A DNA stretch of 63,953 bases, filler included, from Octopus bimaculoides (lineage: Eukaryota), in NCBI RefSeq assembly GCF_001194135.2. It is 7 parts of 7 records of this genome, joined end to end, with 100 filler letters (N's around TTAATTAATTAA, not from the genome) between each part and the next. Parts side by side here need not be neighbours in the genome. Positions count along the whole stretch, not along the records: positions 52,153 to 55,030 come from NC_068996.1; positions 55,131 to 61,567 come from NC_068992.1; positions 61,668 to 63,953 come from NC_068982.1; 4 more parts are not named here. One strand, written 5' to 3'. Under the pieces are notes generated by a model. The model searched no databases. It worked only from the letters and a program-made list of their open reading frames with translations, and was not told the DNA's origin. Positions 52,329 through 63,953 of the stretch are shown here, piece after piece. Position 1 is the stretch's first letter, and every line of letters begins with the position of its first letter. The translations under genes were made by a program, and so were the position numbers.

Positions 52329-53465
52329 CTGTCCTGTTTTTGTTACCACTTTCACCCTCCGCAAAATATCCTCAATTTTATTTAATTTGCTTTGCGGGAA
52401 GGACTGTTTTAACGAAGTCGCGTCTTGTCCTTACTTTCGAAATGCGGAGTAGATAAAACAGGGGACAACTGATGAGGAGAATGTTCTTTATGTTGCCCGT
52501 CTCGTTTCTCTCTTTGTTTATTTTGTTTCGTTCTTCGAAAAAAGTTCATTTTCTATTTTTTTGTTTTTTATGTTCTCGTTTCTCATTTTGTCTATGTTTT
52601 TTTTGATGTCCTGTACCCATATATGCATGTATATATACATATATATGTACATACAGATATGTATATATGCATATATTTATATATTATTTATATTATTATA
52701 TGATCGAACGTCAAGCATTCTTTTCCAAGTATATATATATATATATATAGGGAGATGATATATATATATNNNNNNNNNNNNNNNNNNNNNNNNNNNNNNN
52801 NNNNNNNNNNNNNNNNNNNNNNNNNNNNNNNNNNNNNNNNNNNNNNNNNNNNNNNNNNNNNNNNNNNNNNNNNNNNNNNNNNNNNNNNNNNNNNNNNNNN
52901 NNNNNNNNNNNNNNNNNNNNNNNNNNNNNNNNNNNNNNNNNNNNNNNNNNNNNNNNNNNNNNNNNNNNNNNNNNNNNNNNNNNNNNNNNNNNNNNNNNNN
53001 NNNNNNNNNNNNNNNNNNNNNNNNNNNNNNNNNNNNNNNNNNNNNNNNNNNNNNNNNNNNNNNNNNNNNNNNNNNNNNNNNNNNNNNNNNNNNNNNNNNN
53101 NNNNNNNNNNNNNNNNNNNNNNNNNNNNNNNNNNNNNNNNNNNNNNNNNNNNNNNNNNNNNNNNNNNNNNNNNNNNNNNNNNNNNNNNNNNNNNNNNNNN
53201 NNNNNNNNNNNNNNNNNNNNNNNNNNNNNNNNNNNNNNNNNNNNNNNNNNNNNNNNNNNNNNNNNNNNNNNNNNNNNNNNNNNNNNNNNNNNNNNNNNNN
53301 NNNNNNNNNNNNNNNNNNNNNNNNNNNNNNNNNNNNNNNNNNNNNNNNNNNNNNNNNNNNNNNNNNNNNNNNNNNNNNNNNNNNNNNNNNNNNNNNNNNN
53401 NNNNNNNNNNNNNNNNNNNNNNNNNNNNNNNNNNNNNNNNNNNNNNNNNNNNNNNNNNNNNNNNN

Positions 53466-53873
53466 GTATTCAATCTGGTGCGCTAAGGCCGGAAATAACT
53501 CCGCAGTTAATACATTTTTGCAGCTAATTTACCGGTTTGAGAATATCATTATTTAAAATTTATTAATAAGGGTAGAAATTGATATTAATCAATTAAAACC
53601 AGTGGTCTAGCATATTAAAAAAAATCTGAAGATAAAAATTATATTACATACAAAAGTAAGAGGAATGACCAGCAAAAGTGGACTCCTATATGCTAAAAAT
53701 AGATGCCGAATCATCTAACCACGAAGAAATATGTTCTCAGTAAAAATTAGCGACACAACAGACTGTAAAAGGGCAAGACAAATGAAAAAATACTAAAAAA
53801 AAAAACCTAAATAAGCTGCAAAAATTTATTAACTGCGGAGTTATTTCCAGCCTTAGCGCGCCAGATTGAAGAC
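53466..53873. mobile_element. MITE-like element with ~60-bp TIRs
   Basis: 53466-53525 (TTCAATCTGGTGCGCTAAGGCCGGAAATAACTCCGCAGTTAA..TGCAGCT) is inverted at 53814-53873. Confidence 0.7.
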
Positions 53874-54430
53874 ATTTGAAGGGATACACTAAATGTAATT
53901 TGTAGAACTCTACACGTTCTCCATTTCGTGTGGACGTCTTATGTCTAGTTCTGGAAATTATATTTTTAAATCGACAGACTACGCTGATGATCCTGCAGAT
54001 ATTTACTTACGTAAAATTTAACAGGTGAAACCATGGTACGTAGGTTAATCGTTTTTTTTTTTTTGTATTTTTTCATTTGTCTTGCCCTTTTACAGTCTGT
54101 TGTGTCGCTAATTTTTTACTGAGAACATATTTCTTCGTGGTTAGATGATTCGGCATCTATTTCTAGCATATAGGAGTCCACTTTTGCTGGTCATTCCTCT
54201 TATTTTTGTATGTAATATATATATACATATCAGCTATTTGCCAACGTAAATTCGCAGCCCTCATAAGTACGATGTTACTACCATTGTTCGCCCAAGGAAT
54301 TTGCCAGCTGGCTACCAACGCAAAACTCCTGCGGCCTTATTCCTCGAATTAATATATATCTAAGAATTCAGGTATATTCTGTCATTGCGCTCCAATAACC
54401 AATTGCTAGAATTTAAGAAATAAATAAACA

Positions 54431-54490
<60 letters not shown>

Positions 54491-54657
54491 NNNNNNNNNN
54501 NNNNNNNNNNNNNNNNNNNNNNNNNNNNNNNNNNNNNNNNNNNNNNNNNNNNNNNNNNNNNNNNNNNNNNNNNNNNNNNNNNNNNNNNNNNNNNNNNNNN
54601 NNNNNNNNNNNNNNNNNNNNNNNNNNNNNNNNNNNNNNNNNNNNNNNNNNNNNNNNN

Positions 54658-54699
<42 letters not shown>

Positions 54700-54705
<6 letters not shown>

Positions 54706-54960
54706 CTCTGTGTGTGTATTTTTGTGTCTATGTTTGCCCCATCACCAATTTGCAACCTGTGTTGATATGTTTACGTTCCCATAACTTAGTGATTCGACTA
54801 AGCAGACCGATACAATAAGTACTATGCGTGGTAAGAAGCTTGCTTCCCGACCACAGGGTTCTATGTTCAGTCCCACTGTGTAGCACCTTCGGCAAGTATC
54901 TTCTACTTATAGCCTTATGAGTAGATTTGGTAGACGGAAACTGAAAGGAAGCCCGTCGTG
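54700..54960 (+). mobile_element. Fused SINE family A pieces (3' half directly followed by a 5' half)
   Basis: ...GACCGATACAATAAGTACTA joined to TGCGTGGTAAGAAGCTTGCTTCCC..GTTCAGTCCCACT..GGTAGACGGAAACTG. Confidence 0.7.
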
Positions 54961-54971
54961 TATATTTATAT

Positions 54972-55030
<59 letters not shown>

Positions 55031-55439
55031 NNNNNNNNNNNNNNNNNNNNNNNNNNNNNNNNNNNNNNNNNNNNTTAATTAATTAANNNNNNNNNNNNNN
55101 NNNNNNNNNNNNNNNNNNNNNNNNNNNNNNGTCACTACTGTTCATATCATCTGTGGATTAATTCAAAATTTGATGATATCACCAGTAGTAGCATTGGTTC
55201 CACCGATGTCATTATTTGGCTCTTGCATGTTATCCTAGAAGAGGGCATATTCCCGGTTTGGATACACATGGTACTACTATTTGCATAATACTAATAAAAG
55301 AATAATATAACAAGATGCCTGCGGGTATCGCGCTTTAACATTTGGCACAACATTTGTTTCTGCGCCGTACACAAGATTATTTGAGTTGGTTTTATATTCA
55401 TATACTATTATAGAAAATCATTCTTTATGATTGCGAAGT

Positions 55440-55720
55440 CGTTTGGCTCACTGGTTCAAGTGTTGGGATGCATGACAATCATGAGGAAGTGAATTTGATT
55501 ACCGTACTGGGTGTATTGTGTCCTTGAGCAAGAAACTTTATTTCACTTTGCTCCAGTTCACTCAGCTGTAGAAATGAGTAGCGATGTCAGTGGTGCCAAG
55601 CTGTATTGGCATTTGCCTTTCCCTTGGATAACATCGGTGGCGTAGGGTGTGGACACGTGTATGCATGGGCGACTTCTGGTCTTCCATAAATAAACATCTT
55701 TGCTCAGACTTGTGCCTAGG
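55440..55720 (+). mobile_element. Old tRNA-derived CORE-like SINE (family E)
   Basis: TGGCTCACTGGTT head and GTGTCCTTGAGCAAGAAACTTTATTTCACTTTGCTCCAG CORE-like segment. Confidence 0.6.
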
Positions 55721-56317
55721 AGTAGTTATACACGAGCGAAGGAGATCTTTGCCTTACCTTTATCTATATAATTATTATGTAATTGAATATTTGTCAGCAA
55801 CAGCCGCGCGTGGGCGCATCATCGGCTCGAATACGATTAATTCCTGTTGGATTTTAGCCAATAAAATTAAGAGATTCCGGAGCCCGCAAACATAAACTTA
55901 AACGTAATATTTCAACAATAAAAATAACAGAGACAAAGGTGTATTCAGAAATATCCTATGTCGTTATATGAGTTATATAACGTTAACCGGTAAGCTATAT
56001 AACGTTAAAATCGATAGCAAATATAAACAAACACCTAGACAAACGCTAACCAAGATAAATGTGGATGGGCTGGAAATAATTAAGGATCTTGAAATAGAGG
56101 ATTGAAGTAAACTATATATGCTTAGGAAGCCGAGAATTAATCTTTAAATAATATAATATAATGGACTTATTCTATACAGTGCTCATCAGAAAAAGTAACG
56201 AATAATACATGAACAGTACATAGAATATGCTCAAGAAGTGAACAGTGAAAATGCCTTGGAAATAGAAAGGACGATAAGGGAAAATTTCACAGTCATCTCA
56301 CGGTTATAGATTGAATA

Positions 56318-56540
56318 CAATAATCCCTCGACTATCGCGGGTGATACGTTCCAAAACCCAGCGCGATAGGTGAAAATCCACGGAGTAGAAATAGTATTGT
56401 ACTATGTAATTTTTTTTATTAGTTATATAATTTGAATATATTTATTTTATTATAAATGCAAAACAACACCGGGGAGGAATCAACGTAAGCTTAAATAATA
56501 AACTACGGTGGGTGAACCTCGACATGGCGAGGGATTGCCG
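56318..56540 (+). mobile_element. Tigger/pogo-type MITE
   Basis: TA|CAATAATCCCTCGACTATCGCGG ... GCGAGGGATTGCCG termini. Confidence 0.8.
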
Positions 56541-56929
56541 CAATACCAACCTTAAAATCTCTAATTAGAGAATGTTCTTTCGCCTACAATCTTTCCCAAC
56601 CGAACATTCGTTTCTGTTTCTTGAGTTACCCCTATCTATTTCCCTATTTCCAATCCAGTCTCATCTAATTCCATTCCTATTCCTATTTTGGCCCACATTG
56701 TGCATCCTGGTGTCTAGTTATTATTCTTTCTCTCTCGATTGTTAGTGAGCGATTGTTCCTTAATTCTATCCCCATTTGTTCCTGACCTGTTTTCATAGGT
56801 GTTTCCTCTATCCACGCTAATGTCTCTATTTTCCTTATAGATTGAATACAGTAATCCATCTTCTATACCGCACATCAGGTCAGCATCGTTCTGAGTTCTG
56901 CTTTCATATTCCAGCCTTAACTTATTGAG

Positions 56930-57960
56930 ATATTTTTATTATTAAGACTATGTATGTAATATCCCAAGTCGTGGGATGTCGCATGACTTCGAGAGATGTC
57001 TCTAATGCAAAGAAAAATCCACAAGCAATTTTGGATTTGAATTGTAATCCAAATATCGGATTAAACCATAATGTCATCTTTATCCGACGTTTTAATGGGT
57101 TTAGTGTAGCTATTCGAATTTCTGCGAAAATCCTTTTCCGTTCAGATAAAGTTTGGTGATTTTATTCGTAACTATTATTTTTCTCCCTCTTTCCTCATGA
57201 TTATTTCTATCCTTTCTTGTTTTATATTTACCTTCATATTGATGGCCATTGTTTTTCTACCCCTCTCCCATACCTTTCATCTTGCTCCTTATATTATTAT
57301 CCATTATTATCCAGTTCCTCAGTATGCTTATCCATGTAAGTTTCCTTTTTAATCCTATATCCATTTTTATATTCATTTGTTAGTCTTTTATGAGGAGAAT
57401 ATTCAAATTTGTCATTATACCCGGCCCTATCTAATGCTATGTTCTAGTACTCCGCGTATGCACTAAATATTGTTTCACTCACTGATAGTTTTGAAATTCT
57501 ATCTGACTGACTTTTCACAATGCTTTTTAATATGGACTGTGGATGATTAGAGTTCTGCTGACATATACTAAATTTTCGTTGGGTTTGTAGAATGCTTAAA
57601 ACAATTCAGTATTAACGTTACGCGATACATCTAAGACATCCACTACTCTATGGTCGTTTATATTAAAGTTTATATAAAATATCGATAAGATGTATGACCT
57701 GCGCAGAGTCAGACTATCCCATCGTTATATAAGAATAATCTTTTCTGTTTGTTCGTATCCATATTTTTTTATCACAATCGATTATCGCGCTCCGTGCTAC
57801 CAAAATGTCAATTACATGCTTAGTTAAGTCTGAACTTGGTTTTGCGAATACTAGTGCTTTGTTAAGTAGAATTGGGCTAATAGTTGAACAGCAATTGCAT
57901 ATAGCTAGTTCTATAAACATATTCCTTCTTCATTTTCAAAGTAATTAACCAACAAATTGC
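56930..57960 (-). mobile_element. Penelope-like element reverse transcriptase remnant (internally deleted)
   Basis: ISPILLNKALVFAK..IWIRTN..ITMG*SDSAQV; VVDVLDVSRN..FYKPNE..NHPQSILK..RISKLS..ALDRAGY; TLWFNPIF. These match the PLE RT and thumb succession; many stops. Confidence 0.75.
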
Positions 57961-58007
57961 ATCCACTCTATTTGATGATACTGTACGTTTAATTAGAGAT
58001 TTTAGGG

Positions 58008-58231
58008 TTGTTATTCTCTCACCATATAGCGGCTCACCTATTACAGTTTATTATTTAAGCTTACGTCGATTCCTTCGTGGAGTTGTTTTGCATTTATGAT
58101 AATATATATATATACAAATTATAAAACTAATTTTTCAAAATTATACAGTACAGTACTGTCTCTGCTTCGCAGATTTTCACCTATCGCAAGGGTTTTAGAA
58201 CATAACACCCGCGATAGTCGAGGGATTACTG
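58008..58231 (-). mobile_element. Tigger/pogo-type MITE, second copy, inverted
   Basis: Reverse complement matches 56318-56540 along its length, e.g. GTAAGCTTAAATAATAAACT and ATAAATGCAAAACAAC. Confidence 0.8.
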
Positions 58232-58424
58232 TGTATATATATAATTGTTTTACTATTGTACCTTTGTCAGATTTCGATGGATATAAGAAACTAACCGTTA
58301 GATTACTGAGAAAATTTTCGTTGTGGTCCTTTCTATTTCCAAGGCATTTTCACTGTTCACTTCCGGTGCATATTGTATGTGCTGTTCGTGTATTTTTCGT
58401 TACGTTTTCTCTACCTTTTAACAG

Positions 58425-58795
58425 TTTTAGTCATTGGACAGCAGCCATGCTGGGACAACGCCTTGACGTGTTTTATTCAAACAAATTTAACACCAGTGCT
58501 TAAGTCTGGAACTTCATTTATCCGACTCTTCGGCGGAACGGCCTTCTTAAGATGACGTAGACAAACTGACCACAGTTTTCAAGCGGTGGATAGGATCAGA
58601 CACGAAAATAAGCAAATAATCACACACATAGATATATACGTAAACGAGCTTCTTGTGATTTCTGTCTACCAATCAAAATACTTTAGTTTCCCAACGCTAG
58701 AGTAGAATAATCGTTCAGAATGTGCCACAGTTGGTCTGAATGCAATACCAGGTGGTTGGAAGGCAAAGTTCTTACCAGACAGCCACCACTGGATT
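58425..58795 (-). mobile_element. Old diverged SINE family A copy
   Basis: Degenerate match to both halves of 21815-22375. Confidence 0.6.
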
Positions 58796-59260
58796 CTTTT
58801 GCTTTCAATATCAAATATATTAGTAGGGACTTTACTATTAAATTTTTATGCAGCATGTGTCGCTGGGTATTCCCTTCTCCTCATCCTTCCACATAAATGT
58901 CCATTTATAAAATGTTGTTTTGGTTTGGCATAAAACTAGCAAAAATAACAGAAAAAGTTTTACAAAAAACTTGAGAAATGAGACTTGACAGATTTGACAG
59001 ATTTGACAGATACTGTCAGATGAAACGACAAATATATTTCTCCTTCTCTCTCTGTCTCTCTGTCTCTCTCTCATCTTGTACATCACACAGTCTTTGTTTG
59101 AATCATGTTCTAGTCATTTGTAGCTTTTCTTTTCTCCAGTACTCTATCTCTCTTTCTTTCTCCCCCCTCTCTCTCTTCACAGTCATTCGATACATCTCTT
59201 TGTGTCTTCGTTTCAATCTAACTCTGATCATTTGTACCTTGTTCTCTCTCTCTCTTACTC

Positions 59261-59296
<36 letters not shown>

Positions 59297-60029
59297 TTCT
59301 CCTCCGTTTCTTTCTCTCTCACTTTCTCTCTCTCGCATACACACTCACACACACATGCACTTTCTATATGCCTCTCATGGTAATGTCTCTGATGTGTTAA
59401 GGTGTCATAAAGAACATATCAACTAGATGTCAATCTACTCTATTTATCGTAAGACAAGTGGAACGCCGAGAAAAATTATGGGAATTTCCTAAATGATATT
59501 ACACTGTAAATAAAATAATTCAACAAATATCTAAATACATGTTTAGTTTGCTATTAGGAAGAGTCTAGATTAAGGAAATATTTATAACTTCATTCTGAAA
59601 CGCTCAGGATGGTTTGGTTGTTGATGGCGTTTCTCTCCCCTCTTTTCTTATTTTCTTCTATGAAATTCCATTTTCTCTCCTCATAAAAGTGTTCACTTCT
59701 CGAAATAAATCAATGACGGGTTGTACTTTCAACACTAGAAGACAAACATAATTCTTAAATTAACTTTGTGTCCTGGTTACTGAGACAAATGGATAGACAG
59801 TTGATATGAATTTCCTAAGCGAAGGCATGCCTATTCTTAGGAATTTCGCTTTGCATTCACATGATGTGGGTGTTAGTACCTTTAAGTCTTACCTTGTATA
59901 AGTGTCGTCTATTATAATACTATAGCCCCAGACTGACCAATGTCTTGTGAGCAGATGTAGCTGGCGGTAACTGCGTGGAACCTGCTAGTATATATATTCA
60001 TGTCTTCCCTTCTTTGGACTTTTTCTATA

Positions 60030-60062
60030 TTTCTGATGAAGAGCTCCGCTCGAAACGTGAAA
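60030..60062 (+). ncRNA. Minimal type-I hammerhead-like motif (cleavage triplet GUG, likely inactive)
   Basis: TTT-CTGATGA-A-GAGC(TCC)GCTC-GAAAC-GT-G-AAA. Confidence 0.6.
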
Positions 60063-60436
60063 CCCTCTTTCTTTTCTTACGTTTCCTGGGCGCCCAATAA
60101 CACTGTACTCATTCCACGTCCTCACGTTGTTGTTTTTTCATGTTTTTTCTTGCTTGTTCATGTTTGGATTGACTANNNNNNNNNNNNNNNNNNNNNNNNN
60201 NNNNNNNNNNNNNNNNNNNNNNNNNNNNNNNNNNNNNNNNNNNNNNNNNNNNNNNNNNNNNNNNNNNNATATATATATATATATATATACATATACACAC
60301 ACACACATCGTTGCTATTATGCAAAAGTGTTGTCAGTCCAAAGCGTTGCTTTTTCAGAAAAGGAAATAATAGTTTCACCACTCCATTCCTTAGTGACATT
60401 AGCAACAGTTTCAGTTTAACAATAATACTTTGTTAG

Positions 60437-60655
60437 GTAAGGCGGTGAGTTTGTAGAAATGTTAGTATGCCGGGCGAAATGCTTAGCGGTATTTTGTCTG
60501 TCTTTACGCTCTGAGTTCAAATTCCACCGACGTAGACTTTGCCTTTCATCCTTTCGCGGTCGATAAATTGAGTATCAGTTGTGAACTGGGGTCGATCTCA
60601 TTGACTGGGCGCCTCCCCAAAAATTTTGGGTCTTGTCTCCAGAGTAGAAAAGAAT
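60437..60655 (+). mobile_element. SINE family B (Meta-domain-like)
   Basis: TAAGGCGGTGAG..GAGTTCAAATTCC..GCCTTTCATCCTTTCGCGGTCGATAAATTGAGTATCAG..AGAGTAGAAAAGAAT. Confidence 0.85.
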
Positions 60656-61453
60656 ATCACTTTGTTAGGTGCATAAAAGAGTAACTCCATGCATGTATAA
60701 TATTTACCGCAAGAAATATTTTTGCAAAATTGTCGTATGTGGGGCTTACTACACCTTTGAGAAATCCTAAACCGTGGTACTACATTTTGAGAATTTTCAT
60801 TTGAAACTGCTTGAACAAAAGAACCGGTTATCGTAAGCAAAATTAAATATTGAAGAAAACGTAATCGACCAAATTTGAACATACGACAGCTTAACATAAT
60901 AGCAACGATATATATACGGCTCCTTACTGCTGCTCTTTATATCTCGCTCAGAAATTTAATATAACGTTGTCTCACTTGCACGAGATCGGCGACAGTGAGT
61001 TGCTAGAAAAATATATCGCAATTTACGAGTGAAATAAGCTTCCATCACTAGCTGCTGATTAACACATGCTGAGGACCGTTAACCACCCAGAAATTCGAGA
61101 CTATGTGTATCACGTAAAGCTGGAGATGAGAGCGGTGACCTACGCTCGCAAATACTAATCAAACACAGAATGTGCGTCGTTAGACAGCTGGAGGAGATGT
61201 CTGTAGCACTGTCCTGTATAGGACGACACACTTATTTGGCAAATTTATACAAAACTGTTTGATTGAATATTGTTTTCTCTCTTTTTCTTTTCTTTTTCTG
61301 TCGTCTTCCGTTTTCTATTTTTTTCTTTCTTTCTGCTTGTTAAAAAACTGACAAAAACTGATGATGTCATTCCATCAACGTATGGACGCTGGTTACTCTC
61401 GTTCATAGTTTATGTTTGGTTTCTGAAATTTTGAGCTTTCAATCACCTTTTGT

Positions 61454-61498
61454 TTTGAACTTGAGAAAGACAGACGTTCTGTCGAAATATTGTTCAAA
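61454..61498 (+). ncRNA. Minimal type-I hammerhead-like motif with U3-A8 core variant
   Basis: TTTGAAC-TTGAGAA-A-GACAG(ACGTT)CTGTC-GAAA-TAT-T-GTTCAAA: 7-bp helix I, 5-bp helix II, ATAT palindromic helix III, AUU triplet. Confidence 0.62.
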
Positions 61499-61832
61499 GA
61501 ATGAAACATCTATACAATCGAATCGCACTCTTCGTCTTGACTATTTACCTTCGTGAAGAGTTACGTCNNNNNNNNNNNNNNNNNNNNNNNNNNNNNNNNN
61601 NNNNNNNNNNNTTAATTAATTAANNNNNNNNNNNNNNNNNNNNNNNNNNNNNNNNNNNNNNNNNNNNTATATATATATACATATATACACACACACACAG
61701 GTACGTATAGTATATATATATATATAGGTATAGTATAGCTTATACATACACTCACTGATACATACATACATACATACATGCATACATACATACATATATA
61801 TATACGTGTATACACGTATATATATATATATG

Positions 61833-62035
61833 TTGAGGTGCAAGACCCAGTGGTTAGGGCAGCGAACTCGCAGTCTTAGGATCGCGGTTTCGACTCCCAG
61901 ACGAGTGTTGTGAGTGTTTATTGAGCGAAAACACCTAAAACTCCACAAGGCTCCGGCAGGGGGTGGTGGTGAACCCTGCTATACTCTTTCACCATAACTT
62001 TCTCTTACTCTTTCTTTCTGTTTCTGTTGTACCTT
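61833..62035 (+). mobile_element. SINE family C, 3'-truncated
   Basis: Matches the 5' ~200 bp of 44470-44860 (GGTTTCGACTCCC; GAGCGAAAACACCTAAA). Confidence 0.85.
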
Positions 62036-62084
62036 TCAAGATAAACACGGACAAGATTTGCAATACAGAAAATCTTAAATATGG

Positions 62085-62200
62085 CACAACATCCCCCAGT
62101 TGTAAGTAAAATAACTTCGACCATACCGGAAACCCCCTACGTGATCGAATGAGCATACATAAACAACAAATAGCCCATTCAGTTTTATGGGAAATCGCTC
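62085..62200 (+). mobile_element. GIY-YIG endonuclease remnant, probably Penelope-like
   Basis: PSCK*NNFDHTGNPLRDRMSIHKQQI resembles the CPxC..YIGxTG..LRxRxxxHxQQI segment. Confidence 0.55.
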
Positions 62201-63034
62201 TGCAAACATTAAGATAAAATTCAATTGTTTAGAAATGATGCTAAATAACTGCTTAAAAATAATATTTTTGGTTTTAGGAATTGTCTCTAATTTTTCCTTT
62301 CTTCTTTTACCAAAATTTGAAATAAAAGGATTTAATTTTCATTTCTTTCTCTGATCTATTTCCTTTTACTATCTGTTCTTCTTACTGTTCCTTTATNNNN
62401 NNNNNNNNNNNNNNNNNNNNNNNNNNNNNNNNNNNNNNNNNNNNNNNNNNNNNNNNNNNNNNNNNNNNNNNNNNNNNNNNNNNNNNNNNNNNNNNNNNNN
62501 NNNNNNNNNNNNNNNNNNNNNNNNNNNNNNNNNNNNNNNNNNNNNNNNNNNNNNNNNNNNNNNNNNNNNNNNNNNNNNNNNNNNNNNNNNNNNNNNNNNN
62601 NNNNNNNNNNNNNNNNNNNNNNNNNNNNNNNNNNNNNNNNNNNNNNNNNNNNNNNNNNNNNNNNNNNNNNNNNNNNNNNNNNNNNNNNNNNNNNNNNNNN
62701 NNNNNNNNNNNNNNNNNNNNNNNNNNNNNNNNNNNNNNNNNNNNNNNNNNNNNNNNNNNNNNNNNNNNNNNNNNNNNNNNNNNNNNNNNNNNNNNNNNNN
62801 NNNNNNNNNNNNNNNNNNNNNNNNNNNNNNNNNNNNNNNNNNNNNNNNNNNNNNNNNNNNNNNNNNNNNNNNNNNNNNNNNNNNNNNNNNNNNNNNNNNN
62901 NNNNNNNNNNNNNNNNNNNNNNNNNNNNNNNNNNNNNNNNNNNNNNNNNNNNNNNNNNNNNNNNNNNNNNNNNNNNNNNNNNNNNNNNNNNNNNNNNNNN
63001 NNNNNNNNNNNNNNNNNNNNNNNNNNNNNNNNNN

Positions 63035-63066
<32 letters not shown>

Positions 63067-63129
63067 TGAATGTATTTTTGTATATATGTATGTATATATG
63101 TATGTATATATATCTACATATATATATAT

Positions 63130-63162
<33 letters not shown>

Positions 63163-63639
63163 ATCATAAACATGTGTGTATGCCTATAAGTATATCTCTG
63201 TGCGTGTGTGTGGATATTTAGATATAACTGGTCAACTTTCACACGGTTGCACGTACGCACTTGCCCGTTCATATATCTACGAATATACAGAGATACGCGC
63301 AGTCACGCATGAAAATGCTTCACTGAACTCCAAATTCTTCAATACCAAATTCTTTAACATACAGTTCTAGATCTGCGTTCATTTGCCGCATCACTTGTCA
63401 GTGACGATCAGCATCTTACCCAGCCATATGATCACTTCCTTTTTAATTAAAGTCATAAACCTGCTCGCCAGCATTCAACAACAAAAATAAAAGGATTTAA
63501 GCAGTATGCCATCTCATTTCCTTAAAAAAATTATAAGCATCGTTTATATCTGTATATCAATATGGAAGCGATACCACAATTATTAATTCTCTATTTTATT
63601 ATTATACTATTCTGTACACTACAAAAAACTTGCATGTAT

Positions 63640-63920
63640 GTTTTATCTTTTACTTGTTTCAGTCATTTGATTCTAGCTATGCTGGGGCACTGATGCCAGG
63701 ACTTATGTTTTAAGCCCAGTATTTATTCTATCGGTTCTTTTTGCCGAACCGCTACTTACGGGACAGACACAAAGACACACACACACACACACACACACAT
63801 ATACGACGGACTTTTTTCAGTTTCTATCTACCAAATCCACCCGAGGCTGCAGTAGAAGCATCTTCCCAAGGGGCCACGCAGTGAGACTACTCGAAACCAC
63901 GTGGTCAGAAAGCAAGCTTC
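63640..63920 (-). mobile_element. SINE family A copy with internal deletions
   Basis: Tail CTTGTTTCAGTCATTTGA, internal (CA)n, TCTACCAAATCCAC, CCCAAGGGGCCACGCAGTG. Confidence 0.8.
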
Positions 63921-63953
63921 TTTATTTCATATAAATTCGCCATTGGAGGCGTT

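Noticed and set aside
52430-52490. TTTCGAAA...CTGATGAGGAGAAT as a permuted (type II) hammerhead
   Set aside because: Helices II and III cannot be formed convincingly.

Overview
AT-rich, gap-ridden animal genomic scaffold. An octopod cephalopod is inferred from the very dense (TA)/(CA)/(AAT)/(AGAT) microsatellites and the SINE architecture; this is not proven. No intact host gene can be supported. The window is a nested mosaic of decayed mobile elements: CR1-like LINE endonuclease and RT pieces, three R4/Dong-type (restriction-like endonuclease) non-LTR fragments, Penelope-like element (PLE) RT and GIY-YIG remnants, an internally deleted Helitron with a clear 3' terminus and a probable 5' terminus, two mariner derivatives, a Tigger/pogo transposase fragment, several MITEs and foldbacks, and at least five tRNA-derived SINE families. 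The most interesting signal is a set of minimal type-I hammerhead-ribozyme-like motifs of different sequence families at about 25.6, 26.7/27.4, 60.0 and 61.5 kb, with a weaker one at 19.7 kb. One has a U3-A8 compensatory core. Nearly all ORFs in the supplied track are microsatellite or N-gap artefacts.
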